Shown here: one piece after another, positions 49,969-63,517 of the stretch
Layout of the letters: the number at the start of each line of letters is the position of its first letter
How positions within the stretch are numbered: the first letter of the stretch is position 1
Assembly: GCF_006345805.1 (NCBI RefSeq)
Contig: NC_042998.1
Coordinates: 157,232,001-157,296,000 of the forward strand
Direction: 5' to 3'
Source of the DNA: Octopus sinensis
Lineage: Eukaryota
DNA: 64,000 nucleotides
Notes under the pieces: generated by a model
The model's database searches: none
What the model saw: only the letters and a program-made list of their open reading frames with translations
What the model was told of the DNA's origin: nothing
Translations under genes and position numbers: made by a program

Positions 49969-50303
49969 CGCAGGAGTGGCTGTGTGGTAAGTAGCTTGCT
50001 TACAAACCACATGAATCCGGGTTCGGTCCCACTGCCTGGTTGACCAAAGCTTTCTGAGTGGATTTGGCAAACGGAAACGTCGTATATATATATATATATA
50101 TATGTATATGCATGTGTGTGTATATGTTTGTGCGTTTATGTTTGTCCTTCCACCATCGCTTGACAATGGTGTGTTTACGTCCTCGTAACTTAATGGTTCG
50201 GCAAAAGACACCGAAAGAAGTCATGGGGTTGATTTACTCGACTAAAGGCGGTGCTCCAGCATGGCTGCAGTCATATGACTGAAACAAATAAAATAATAAA
50301 AGA
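49967..50303 (+). mobile_element. SINE family 1 copy with internal deletions
   Basis: Match to 21699-22114. Confidence 0.85.
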
Positions 50304-50321
50304 ATATATATGTATATATAT

Positions 50322-50511
50322 GGAGGCGCAATGGCCTAGTGGTTAGGGCAGCGGACTCGCGATGGTACGATCGCAGTTTCGATTACCAAACTGCGCGTTG
50401 TGAGAGTTTATTGAACACCTAAAAGCTCCACGAGGAGCCGGCATTGGATGGTAGCGAACCCTGCTGCACTCTTTCACCAAAAATTTCTCTCACTCTTTCT
50501 TCCTGTTTCTG
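50322..50511 (+). mobile_element. SINE family 2 copy
   Basis: Head GGAGGCGCAATGGCCTAGTGGTTAGGGCAGCGGACTCGC. Confidence 0.85.
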
Positions 50512-50520
50512 TTATACGTG

Positions 50521-50571
<51 letters not shown>

Positions 50572-51849
50572 GTAAGTGGATTTGTAAGTAAACAGATAGA
50601 TACATAGGTAAGAAGATAGATAGGTACATAGGTAATACAGTCAGACAAGCACACACACGCACACACTTCACTCACACGTATACACACAAAGACACATATG
50701 GAGACACACATTTATACATAACAGGCGCACGCACATAGTCACACAAACCCATACTCATAGTCACACCCAAACACGCACACACAAGGAAGCAGAGGTACAC
50801 ACACACACACAAACACACATATACATACAAACACTCAAACATGCGTACACAGACACATGAATATGCAGAATACATACGTGCACACACGAATACATACATA
50901 TATGCATACACACACGCATACATACATGCATACATATGTGCATATACAAGCATACATTCATGCTCACGCAGACAGACGTGCACAAACAGACAAAAAATAA
51001 CTCAATTCCAATAACGGACAGATCAACCTCCATTGACAAGGCTGCAAAAACAACGACAATTTTGAAAGAAAATATATGAATGAGTGGAAATCGAACCGGT
51101 GAGTGTGTTAGATAATAAGACATTATGACTCTCCCCAGCCACAGCATAATTTGCTGCAAGACATGAATTCACATAAATAATCTTGCAAACCAGATACAAA
51201 AACGGAGTAGAATACGCACTGGCCTAGCTAGCAAAATACTAAAAGGCACTGTGTTCTGCTATCAAAAAATCAAGATACCTACCCGGCAGTTCCACTTCAT
51301 TAAAGCATACATCCCCTCCTAGCTACACACGAAATCTGTTAATTCGGCTGTAAGCGGCTAGGACTCACAGAACACCAAGCAAAAAAACAAAAACACACGA
51401 TGTTACTAAACATCTAAAAGAAAATATACACAGAAATCAACGGCAATACCAGTAACGAAAGAGGGTCCTACTGCATGAACTGAAAAACATCACTACACCA
51501 CAAGAAAGCGGTAAATTCATGACACTCAGCCAACAAGAATACCTCCTGCAACTTTAACTTAAGTGGATGAAACAACAACAGCAGCAGCAGCGATCTCAGC
51601 ATGGTAAGAATCAACACAGATACCCAAACAACATCGACGGGATCGTCATGTTGGAATGTAAACTACTAGAGAACTTCGACGTCAGGACACCGAAAAATAA
51701 TACCTACACTCTTCTATAACCCCAACGACAAGTCGTATCACATGACGAGGATTTACCCTATAGACATACCCTTCAACAAAAGGGTATGTATCCCACCATA
51801 GACTGACAGTGAGACAGAGGCAAAGATTTCTTTAACTAGAAATAGACTC

Positions 51850-52590
51850 CGTCACATCTTAGACCAATATAACAAACCACTAAAAAATATAATGAGGGGG
51901 AAACCCGGTTCAACAGTCGCCAAAGGCCTACAAAAGCCGAAGCAGCGAATTAGGAACAGGGAATTAGTGTGCCTCCTTACAGACAAGTCTCGCAGACTGT
52001 CGATAGACAACCCACAAAACTATGTCCAGGTCATGCAACAACACATCAGTAGTATGAGAGAAGTTGCACCACAGGAACACGAAAGAATGGAAACACTTTT
52101 CAATGCACACATGAGAATGTGGTGCAACATACTCCAACCCAGGAAACGGACTGCACCAAATTTCCAAGCATTTAACAACAAACAATATTTTTGCGCTGTA
52201 CTGGTTACAAAAGTATCACAACTACGTAAACCCTGTTATGGGACCCCCAATCCGACTAGTTTGTAGAGCGAATATTTCTAACAATTATAGGCTATCCTAC
52301 TTCCTCCCGCAGGTGCTACGACCACTCATTAAAATGTATCCGGATGTCAGTGTGAGCATGGAGAACCTCCTCAGTAGTTACAACAATTCCAACGACCTCG
52401 AAGGTTGTGCAGTGGGTTGTATGGATAGGGTTTCACTCTACTCATCTATAGACATAGATTTTGCTGTAGAAAAATCCATTGAGATTATGTGTCAGAGTGA
52501 AGTAGAGTTCTGCGAAGTCAACACGAGGGAACTAGGCCTCCTCCTTACACTAAGCTATGACCGTAACTACCGAGACAACCATGGCTATGT
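51850..52590 (+). pseudogene. Penelope-like RT fragment (different lineage)
   Basis: LTDKSRRL, PIRLVCRAN...LSYFLPQVLRPL, GCMDRVSLYSSID (motif A, DVxSLYP-like). Confidence 0.65.
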
Positions 52591-54070
52591 ATATTCTTCC
52601 CCTCCTCTCACCCCCTCTCTCTCTCTCTATATATATATACATATTTACTCACGCATAGACACATATAACACATACACACGTGTATAGGTGTGTATGTATG
52701 TGCAAAAGAGAGGGAAGCGTGAGTGAGTGAATGAGGGAGCGAGCGAGAGAGAGAGGGGGGAGGGAGAGAGAGAGAAAGAAAGAAAGAAAGAGAGAGTATT
52801 GTACTGTCCACTTCGGTAAATTTGTGAGAAGTGAATGCTAACGCTTCTACCAAGTTTTTTTTTCATCAACGGACAGAAGGGACTTGTTTTGTAAAATTTA
52901 TTAGGAAATTGTTCTTTCTAAAGCAGATCCTCCCTACTTTCCTTAGACTTGATTTTTTTCTTCATGAATTGATTTATCTTCTCTTTTATTCCAACTAAAG
53001 GAATATCGCATTGCATAGTTTGTCTCTGCTTGCGGAAATCTGTCTGACAGTGAAAGAAAAGTTATCTTTACACAAACCTTTGTATATGATTTGAAAAAGA
53101 GGCAATAGATGATGCAAGGTTATAATCACGAAGCTATTGTTCTTCCGGTATCCAAGCGGTGACCATCCCATCTTTAGTTATAATATTATGTGTTTATGCT
53201 TAATTTTTGTGTTGTTGCTTGTTTTAATTGAGTTGTTGCTTGTTTTAATTTAATGGTAATTTTTAAAAGTTGTTTCATATAAAAACAAACAAAACTGAAC
53301 ATTTTCCGAATTTTTATTATTTCCGAAATTTTGTATAAAGTTGTAAATAAAAAACAAAACAAAACAAAACAAACAAACAACAACATCGTTTACAATTCTT
53401 TGACGCCTGGATGTAGCCTTCATTAGTGGAATTATGACAGGGAAAAGTTTTCGTCCTGGTTAAAGAAAACGAAAAAACAAATTCAGCTTCCCGATAAGAG
53501 ACAATATTAAAATATCATTAGCTTTTTTTCTCCTATTCGAGCTTAATATGACAGAAATTTATGAAGATATTCAATGAAAATGATTGCAATTTGTCAGTTG
53601 ATTATTCATATTTATTTATGTTTTCGATAATAATAAATGTTTAGATCGATGTCTCTTGCATCTCTTTATGTTTATGTTTACTGTACAGATATATAATACC
53701 ACTGATACATTTTTATTACATAAACACAATATCACTTACAATGATATGCAGATTTCTTCTAGTTTGCTACGTTGCCATCATTTTTATGACATAATTTTGT
53801 TAAGCATCACCCAAATGAGACGTAATATTGAGTAGCAACCTAACAGACAATCTCGCAATCAATTGAAAGAATATCTTTGATCCTATTTATTACAAATATG
53901 AATATTTATTGTTGATTTCTCATATTGCTACAAAGATATAACCAGTGAATAATAATAGTCCATTGATTAGACTCTAGTGTTTTACGGGTGTTTTTTAATA
54001 AATAAATAAATAAATAAATAGACATAATATAATGTCTAAAAGTTGATGGATACCACCTCTCGATCCCCTT

Positions 54071-54858
54071 GGAAAATGAGAGTAAGAGAAAACATATTCT
54101 TAAGAATATGATCCTGGAAAAGTACAGGACAAGTTTTTATGCTTGCAAAAGTTTAGGACAAGTTATTACATCTGGTAACGTACAGAACGAGAATTTTTCT
54201 TCTTAAAACATTGCAGCTAAGGATAAAATTTCAAATAAAATAATTAGATTTAGAAAATATTAGCATTTATTAAAACTAAAAATTTATTAATTCTTTTTTG
54301 TTATTACTTGTTAATTCTATTAAAAATATAAAAATAACTCAAAATATTTTTTTTCACTATTAAAAAAATCATTTTGTCAATTATTAATTGATAATTAGAT
54401 ATTTGAAAATAGGTTATAAAAATAATAGTAGTACATAGTAAATTAGCAAAATAAATAGAATAATACAAAAATTAGTTACATATTACAGTAAAATTTACCT
54501 ATAACAAGTTCACAGTAAAATTTGCTTGAGTTATTGCCTAAGTTATTGCCAATTCTTGACCCAATGCCTATTTTTTACATAATGAATTTGCCTACTTTAG
54601 CTATATTGGCACTTCAGGCTCTGATTTTTAAAGTATTCTAGTGTGTCAATATTTTGACAAAATGATCGTATCTATTTTAATTATAATGTTACTTTGTAAA
54701 TTAAAATCAAATCATTTTTAATATTCAAATTTTATCGTTAAATGCAATATTTTAAGTAAAACTTTTCTTGTTCTGTACTTTACCAGGTGTAATAACTTGT
54801 CATGAACTTTTCCAGGATTATAATCTTAAAAATATTATTTCACTTTCTCGCATTTTCC
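54071..54858. mobile_element. Old MITE/foldback-like element with long degenerate inverted arms
   Basis: ~54071-54250 is a diverged reverse complement of ~54700-54858 (e.g. ACAAGTTATTACATCTGGTAA vs TTACCAGGTGTAATAACTTGT). Confidence 0.65.
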
Positions 54859-55966
54859 ATGCCATCCATTTTTCCAGGCTATGCTATTATGCTAATTAAT
54901 AATGTGTCAATTTAAGATTTGACCTTATTGAAAATTGAATAATAAATTTAATAAATTTCTAATTAATATTTTAATTTTTATCATTTTTATGATATAATTG
55001 CATTAATTAATACAGATGGCGTAATTAAACTAATTGCAAATTATCGGTGTTGTTGATAATGTTTTCTTTACCTCAATGATGCCAGTGACATATATTAAAA
55101 GTCCCGTTATAGAACTATATTTATAAAAACGTATAGAACTATGTTATCACTCTTAACTTTGAGAAGCAAACACTCATAACTTTTTTCTTTTAAAACTTCA
55201 TTGTATGTGATTGATACCATGAAATTCCTCGAATTGAGCCCTATTATCTAAGCTTGATTAAAATATAGTTTGTTTTTAAAATAAAAAAGTTAATTATACT
55301 TATATTTTTTCGTGATATTTTATATCACAACTATTTTGATACACATTTTCATGAGACCAAAACTGTGAAATTCCTCATGCTTTCTTCTATCATTGAAGCT
55401 AAGATAAATATATTTTGCTTTTAAATGAATCATTATTTAGATCTGAACTTGATTGGATGCGTTACTTACCCTCCTATAACGTTACTACAAATTTTGATGT
55501 GAACATTTTTCTACTGGACCAAATCTCAATTTTCTATACCAAAATGTAGCTAGTCCTCTTCTAAAATGTTAACAGTTTTCAATTTGGTTTAGAACCGAAT
55601 TAACGACAAAGTCTGAAAGATGCTGCGTGCGAGTAAATTGCGGCCTTCGGAATATTATTCAACTACTACCATAGTTGAATAATATATATATATATATATA
55701 TATATAAAATCAAAAATAAGGGCGAAAAATTGGATATTAATTTAATAATACCATCAATTTAACACCAAGTGGCTTAGCGCATAAAAACCAGGGATACAAT
55801 AAAAATTTATTCACAAATATAAGAGAGTGACCACTATATGGTCGACTCTTGCGCTAAAAATAGATCCGCTATGGTATTAGCCACTAAAAAATTGTTTCCA
55901 AGGAGAATCAGTACAACATTTAACGTAAACGAGCAGGGCAAGTGAAAAATAACAAAAATATAGATT

Positions 55967-56043
55967 AACTCTGGACAATTGTTTCGCTCTTAATGTATTA
56001 TGCAATTTTACTTACACAACATCCATAGGTCATCAGCAGAATT
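55967..56043 (-). ncRNA. Type I hammerhead ribozyme motif, core boxes intact, stem II base mismatched
   Basis: AATTCTG-CTGATGA-stem II-GAAAC-AATT-GTC-CAGAGTT: 7-bp stem I, palindromic stem III; C-C at 10.1/11.1. Confidence 0.7.
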
Positions 56044-57145
56044 TGTCTTAAATACAATTGATTAAATCGCAGGCTGAATTTTAACATAACGTCAAACACA
56101 CGTGTGGTTTATATATATATATACATATATGTGTGTGTGTGTGTATGCGTGTGTGTGTACGTGTGTGTCTGTGTCTGTGTGTGTACAATTATTATTAACA
56201 GTGAGTTCGAAGTTTCGGCCAATTAAGCCATGTCAGATTGCAATGCATTGAAGTTAATCTTGGTTTCTATATGCGCTCTATCGAGTCAAAGTCATCCTTA
56301 GGTAAGTGGGTTTGGGTGGTATAGTAATTAGATTTTTGGATGGGCTGTTGTGGTGAATTTTTAATGATTAAATTGAGGATTACGTTATTATTTAGAATTT
56401 ATTCATGTATCTAGAACTTTATAAGCACGTGTGGATATTTAGATGTATCTCTTATGGTACGTTCAAACTGGATGTGTCAATAGTTTCAGTTATTTTTGAT
56501 TTTATTGGATCTAATTGTTTGCTTTGACAATATAAAGGTCAAAGCTTCAAATTTTAATCCAGTATTTACATTTTCAGAGCAAAGAATTAAACCCAATAAA
56601 ACAAAAAGTAGCTAAAATAACTGGTATATTCTACATCTACCTATAAAAAGGGAAACTCCTAAATATTCACACGTACTTACAAAGTTCTACATGAATGAAA
56701 GAATTCTAAACAATAACGTAAGCCCATATCTAATCACTAAAAATTTACCCCAAACATCTCTCCATAATAATCTACCGTAAAACCTAATTACCACGCCACT
56801 CAAAGACTAATGATTTTAAAATCAACAGAGACTATATAAAGCCAAGATTAACTTGATACATCAAAGTCCGACGATGGACTGACTGGTCGAAGCTTCATAG
56901 TTACAGTCAATAAATTTGTACTCTACAAAAGTATAGAGTAGCCATGAGATTAGCATCAAATTATAACTGAACAGAAAAATACGCACACACAGAGGCATAC
57001 ACACATACACACAATTCCAGGCTGGGATCTTTTATCATTGAGGATTACTCTTCTAGGTATGTTTTGTCTGGACCTGTTTAGTTTTATATTCTCAGTTAAC
57101 CTTCATAGCTGAAGGCCTTTCCCCTATCCGTAATCTGGGGACCCA

Positions 57146-57550
57146 GTGGATGGAAGTTTTCTCTCCACAATAACCACAACAGACCTGGACTTTGCAGATG
57201 ATATAACACTCATCTCTGATGAAATAGATCAACCACAACAGCTGCTCAGAAGACTAGGAATATCAGCTGCCAAAATTGGACTGTACACAGATGCCAAGAA
57301 AACCGAATACATGTCTTTCAACCAATCAAGTGATGCTGAGCTGTTTGCTTTGACCGGTTCCAAACTGAATGTTGTTGAAAACTTCAAGTTAGGTGAGCAG
57401 TTAGCAAACAGGCATCAAGATCAGGAAGACAGAAGCATGTACAGCCTGTCACAAATTAAAGACGATCTGAAACTCCAAATTGCCCAAGTTAATCAATATC
57501 AAGCTGTTCATTGCAACAGTCGAATCAGTGCTATTATATGGTAGTGAAAC
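57146..57550 (+). pseudogene. RTE-clade LINE RT fragment
   Basis: TDLDFADDITL, KIGLYTDAKKTEYM, VVENFKLG, VLLYGSET. Confidence 0.8.
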
Positions 57551-58237
57551 AAAAGTAGGATGATACTCTTGATGTTATTGAAGAGACATGCATACACGAT
57601 ATTTTTCAGCTGCACTTTGAGCATATCTTTAATCGCTGCAAGCGCCTTCTATCCAGCACATGGCTCCAGCGTTCATATCTCGGCATACATTTGCTGTTCT
57701 CAATACATGTACTTCTTCTCTTCCTAAAGAAGTTATTACACAAGCTCGATTGCTATTATACAAGTATACAAATGGCCTAAATGTGAAATGGAAGCAACAC
57801 ATGACAAACGAATGCCTTTATGGAAACTGACAACTTTATGGAGACTGAAAACTGACAACTGCACGGGTCTACCTGTTGTCTGTAAACCATGTGACATACA
57901 CGTTCCAGCAGAACTTGCAGTTTGAGCATGCCATGATTTCACAGTTAATTACTTAATTTCAGATGTTCCCTTGCAATGATAATGATAATTCTAGTTTGGA
58001 TATTTTCGCTGTATCACAAACGGTTCCTCTATATCATAAGCAGTACTTGGCTCAAGGGCAAAAGTAGGATGATACTCTTGGTGTTATTGAAGAGACATGC
58101 ATACACGATATTTTTCAGCTGCACTTTGAGCATATCTTTAATCGCTGCAAGCGCCTTCTATCCTGCACATGGCTCCAGCGTTCATATCTCGGCATACATA
58201 TGCTGTTCTCAATACATGTACTTCTTCTCTTCCTAAA
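57550..58237. repeat. 179-bp direct duplication (57550-57728 and 58059-58237)
   Basis: Two copies differing at 3 positions. Confidence 0.92.
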
Positions 58238-58700
58238 TTTTATCCTTCCCCGCCACTAGTCGGCTTTGTGCTACGTTCTGGAGTCACATCTATTTCATTT
58301 TCATTCGATTGACGCATAGTGCAGAACTTTCAATGCGTAACTTTATAGGTGATAACAACAGAGCTTTATCGCTCGCACATCCTGCGTTCGCCTTTTGTAT
58401 TGTGCTTTAACTCCTCGCATCTCCCGAGACGTCAGTACAGCAGTCCATTCAGCTTGTTGCAATCAAAGGCCTTTTGTAAGGAATAAAGGCCAGTGTAAAG
58501 AGAAAGATTCTATTCTTTCACTGGTTCTAGGAGCTGTGTTAGAGTCAATATGTGGTCCATCGTGCGATAATTTCTGTAAAATTACCTGTTTCATCGGCTG
58601 TTAGTCATCGAGAGTTTCTATAGTTTGATTACTATGACCTTCGTGAACAGCTTGTAGAGGTGGTAGAGGTAGCACGAGAGAGATGCAGAATTATTAAGTG
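58059..58700 (-). pseudogene. Old RTE-like LINE RT relic
   Basis: Minus-strand FYRNYRTMDHILTLTQLLE and IKDMLK...LFNN. Confidence 0.55.
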
Positions 58701-60608
58701 TAGGTTTGCATTAAGTTCATCAATGTATATCATTGCATGAAAAGCCATCCCATTGAGTTTGTAAATATTCCTTTCAGAATGACCTGGAGTCCCGGTGGGA
58801 AGAATCTAAATGCAAATAAGAAGCGTGGCAATAAAGAAGCTTGATTGAATGAGCTTACGAATGAATAGTGTACAAGACTAAAATATATAACATCACAAAT
58901 GCAACTTATTTGGCAGTTGTTGCAAAACAACCGAACAGTAATTCATATGAGTGAGACATGATAGTCGACTATTGGTAGAGGAAGCTTACATACTACAAAT
59001 AGACTCGAATCAAACTGTTTAGTAAAAAAAAATACATGGACGATGAAGTCGATGTAATAAAAAAATTACACAGTCATATACTATTTATAATGTATACCTA
59101 AGTTGTTTTAATACTTTGAAACGAATAATATGAGAAGTATTTCTGAATTAGTGAGAATATTGGAGGTGTTAGTGCTGTGAGTAAAGGGAGAGTGACAAAT
59201 GAATGACAGCAGACTTCAGAAAATTTGGAAGTCAGATCTATTTCATTCAATTATAATGTTTTTATAGTACTGACTCTAGTAGCAACATTTAGAATACTAG
59301 ACTGGACACTTTAGTAGGTCCACAGTTTAAACATAGAATCTAGGAATGCATTTACCTTATATGGTAGCTTTCATATCAACAGTGACGAGAACATGACTTG
59401 TTGGACAGAAATGTCTCTCAATGAATCGAAAAAAAAATGGAACATAATATGTATTCTCAGTAGTGAAAATAATAACATCCTGAGAGTAGTTGAAGAACTC
59501 TTGCATAGGTACTCTGTGTATACAGCAGTTTCATGCGACTCAGAATTAGGTGGATTGACTTAATTGACGAGAAACTTGGAGGAGAAATACTTACTATAGT
59601 AGAAAGAGAAGAGGATCTGCAAAACCATGTTGTGATAGAAAATGTCGATTGTACCATATCAAAGTGGAAATTATCAAACATACTTTTATCGGCTGCCTCA
59701 GAATGTGCGAAAGTACTGTGTAGCATTTTTGCCAAAACTGCTTACAATGCTATTCGTAGCAAATGTCCTGAAATCATTCCCCTGAAAAACCACAACCATA
59801 ATGTATTATGGATCACTGAACAACAGTAAGGCATTGCTGCAGAAGTTAGATACCAAGTAGAGGCGGATGCACAATCTAAAACTTCGGAGAAATGAAATAT
59901 CTATGCTGAATTTTACAGTTATTTTATTATCGCTCTAAATTTTCACTACCACATCTGTGAGCTACCAAAGATGGTATAAGTATTCTAAGATGGTGTAACT
60001 ATTCTTCCAAATTCCCTTGCTGTTTACAGGTGAATCATGATTTATTTCGATTCTATATTTACTTATGTCAGCTATATGAAATGATTAAAGATTTACTGGC
60101 ATAAAGTCTACCCAAACTGAAATCATATTACGTCAAACAGCCTCGCGACATAAATTTTTCTTTGCTTGAAAATAGTGGTCACAGACGGCGATTGTTATTC
60201 CTTGTCACAGACAGCAATTGTGATTCCAACTCCATCGATATTCATTGATTTTCTGAAGACACCTCGAATCAGACAAAAGCTGCTTGAGAAGAGAGCGATA
60301 ATGATATAAATACATCTCCGACATTATCGACACAACCACCATCACCATGATAATCACAGAGCTCTCAAATATCTCGATATGAAATTGATCTTAAAGCGCT
60401 GACTGTAAAGCTACACAGTTTAAAAACTATTTCAAACCAAAGTGCGAAATAATCCTTTCGCATTTCCCTAAACTATCATTACAACTACATTTTGACGAGT
60501 GGTGAAAAAAGAAAAAAAAACAAATAAAAACAGCCACTCCCATAGTAAAATTTTTGGTCGATGGAGCTAGAAATTATATAAGAAAATAAAGATGGAGCAG
60601 GAGATTAT

Positions 60609-61007
60609 ACTCTTTACTCTTTTCTCTTTTACTTGTTTCAGTCATTTGACTGCGGCCATGCTGGAGCACCGCCTGGGACTTATTCTTTGTAAGCCCAGTA
60701 CTTATTCTATCGGTCTCTTTTGCCGAACCGCTAAGTGACGGGGGCATAAACACACCAGCATCGCTTGTCAAGCAATGCTAGAGGGACAAACACAGACACA
60801 CAAACATATACACACATACATATATATATATATATACATATATACGACAGGCGTCTTTCAGTTTCCGTCTACCAAATCCACTCACAAGGCTTTGGTCGGC
60901 CCGAGGCTATAGCAGAAGACACTTGCCCAAGATGCCACGCAGTGGGACTGAACCCGGAACCATGTGGTTGGTTAGCAAGCTACTTACCACACAGCCACTC
61001 CTGCGCC
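60609..61007 (-). mobile_element. SINE family 1 copy
   Basis: Reverse-complement match to 21699-22114. Confidence 0.88.
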
Positions 61008-61033
61008 TATATTATATATGAAAATATATATTG

Positions 61034-61244
61034 ATTTCAAAGTTTAGCACAAGGCCAGCAATTTCGGTGGAGGGGGCAAGTAGATGATATCGATCCCAGT
61101 GTTCAACTGGTGCTTATTTTATCGATACCGAAAAGATGAAAGGCAGAGTCGGACTCGTCGGAATACGAACTCAGACCATAAGGATGGATGAAATGCTGCA
61201 ACACAATTTTCCCGGCGTGCTAACAATTTTGCCAGTTCGCCGCC
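61034..61244 (-). mobile_element. SINE family 3 copy (tRNA-derived head)
   Basis: Minus head GGCGGCGAACTGGCAAAATTGTTAGCAC...GAGTTCGTATTCC with A/B-box-like motifs. Confidence 0.7.
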
Positions 61245-62159
61245 TTTGTGAAAATAAATAGTAACACATTCTGGATAGTAACTACGTCCTTGTATGTAAC
61301 TGCTAGCACCCTAAAAAAACACGAAGGAGATAACTGCAATGCATAGGGTACTGAAACACTAATCTGATGAAACAACCCAAGGAAATAACAAAACTAGAAC
61401 ACATTTACAAGTATTGCCAAATTGCAGTGCAACCATAAAGTGTAAAGACAGGATCACATCACACCAACGATTGAAATATTACGAAATTCTACGTTTTGTG
61501 TAAAAAACAAACTTCGTAATTTAAAAAAAAAGAAACATAACCAGAAGATGAAGGAAAACGATAAAAGGCCTTAAACCATTTTCATCTAAGATCTGTTATG
61601 GGTAAAATTATTTCAACCAGAATGCATCATAGGCAAAGTACAACCAAGAAAGAATACTTCATCAACTATAATAAAATTTACACAATGAATTTGAAACTTT
61701 CATGAAAAGTGTGGAGAAGATTATGTTTATAGTAAGACATCAGGCAAAGCCCAATAAATGGAACGGATTACAAGATGTTGGTGGTATTCTAGAAGTCACT
61801 AATATACATAAAAGAGCTATGTGAGGCATATAAATCTAGCTTGTTAGAGCACGTGCAAATCTGGTCCAAAATTGCTATCAGGATGATTGGCCCTGATGTT
61901 TTAAATCGATTAAAAAAAAAAATATATATATTAAGAAGGATGGCTACCCGTGCTACTGTTTATTTTAGCACTAAATCTGGTTTTTAACATTCCACTAGTT
62001 TTGTCTTAGGTTAATTTTTAGGACAACGTAAAGATTTATTTTGGAAATGCAATGAGAAAAAGTAAGTAGTAACAGTTGGTAGTACCAACTGTTACTTTTC
62101 AGTAGAACTACTACTTGTATCTCGCATAGAGATTTTAGAACTAGCTACGTTGCTGTTTA

Positions 62160-62213
<54 letters not shown>

Positions 62214-62889
62214 GTGTGTGTGTGTGTGTGTGTGTGTATCAGAATGTTTCATGTTAATCTTTAAGATCATAGGCTCATTGTAAACAGTGATTGTAGTCAC
62301 GTTTTGGTCGAATGAAGCTTATACGTTTAGCCGTGATGATTTTGTCTATTCACTGATATTTATATTTGTTTTTCAAAATAGACGATGATCTTCCTCAAAA
62401 GTTTCGCCAATTTATTTTAGAATTAAATTTAAAGTTGTTCACAGCTTGGGTAATCTTTCATTTCCGGTTGTTTTTAATTCTACAATTGTATTTAAGCGTA
62501 CATATTGAGCGGTGTTTATCTTTTTCGTAAACTGTTTTGAAACGTTACTTCACATTTCTTTGTGTGTATTGTTACAGCGCCGTGTGTACATAAATATGTT
62601 GATATATATGTCTCGTCTATATAGATATGTTTGAATATTGTTTAAATGTTTAATGTAGAAATATTGCATGCAATCTTACCGCACTCTGTAACTCAACTTT
62701 TCCAATATTTCGTATGTTGCCTTTATATGAGCAGTAATTACACATGTCCGAGTATCGGACTAACCATAATGGTCTCGAAGATGTATGTATATATGTATGT
62801 ATATGATTTTACGTATAGCTTGCGTTGCGAATAATTCCCTTCAACAACTGTTGATAATAGAGAGGAAAACATTTTCGGTATCTACTTAC

Positions 62890-63088
62890 AATGATCTTCC
62901 TCCAGCGGTGTGGAGCAGTATTGACTGCAGCAGGGAATTTTCCATGTTTCTTTGGTCCAAAACATAGCCGTTGTATTTGCCTTTCTGCCACTCGGGTAGG
63001 CCTATTATCAGACCTGGGGTGTTTTTCACCAGTTCCTTGATTATTTTCAGATATTTGAAGAAATCCTTGTCTTTTCTCTCTTATACAT
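62890..63088 (-). other. Candidate host-gene exon (199 bp), product unknown
   Basis: T-rich tract plus CAG acceptor (AG at 63090-63089), consensus donor GTAAGT (62889-62884), non-repetitive balanced composition, open frames. Confidence 0.4.
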
Positions 63089-63442
63089 CTGGCACAAATA
63101 TAACAAACGAACAAATAAATAAACAAGAAAAAAACCAAGTAAATAAACAAGGAACAAACAAACTAACCAACTTATGCATGTAATATAATTTAAGTTTTAG
63201 AGACTTCGAATTTTCCGCGAGTATATGACTTATCGTCACTTGCCTCGAGTCCTCTATGCAAAGTCAAAGGATGCAGGAGAACTGTTCGGATGCAAGAGCT
63301 CTGTTCAGCAAATCTATGATATTGAGCAGAATATTTGCTGTAGCCCATCTTTTACACCATGACAAAATATTTACATGATAACACTTCCAATCAGTTAAGA
63401 TCAGAAGCCACGAGAGCCACTGCCTGGTACTGCATCAGGGCA

Positions 63443-63448
63443 TTTATT

Positions 63449-63486
<38 letters not shown>

Positions 63487-63517
63487 TATCATTATTATTT
63501 TTATTATTATTATTATT
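63443..63517. repeat. (CAT)n/(ATT)n microsatellite at the 3' end of the Dong-like element
   Basis: Direct inspection. Confidence 0.9.

Noticed and set aside
59533-59829. 98-aa ORF with protein-like composition
   Set aside because: No recognisable domain or splice signals; may be an old LINE relic but I cannot support that.
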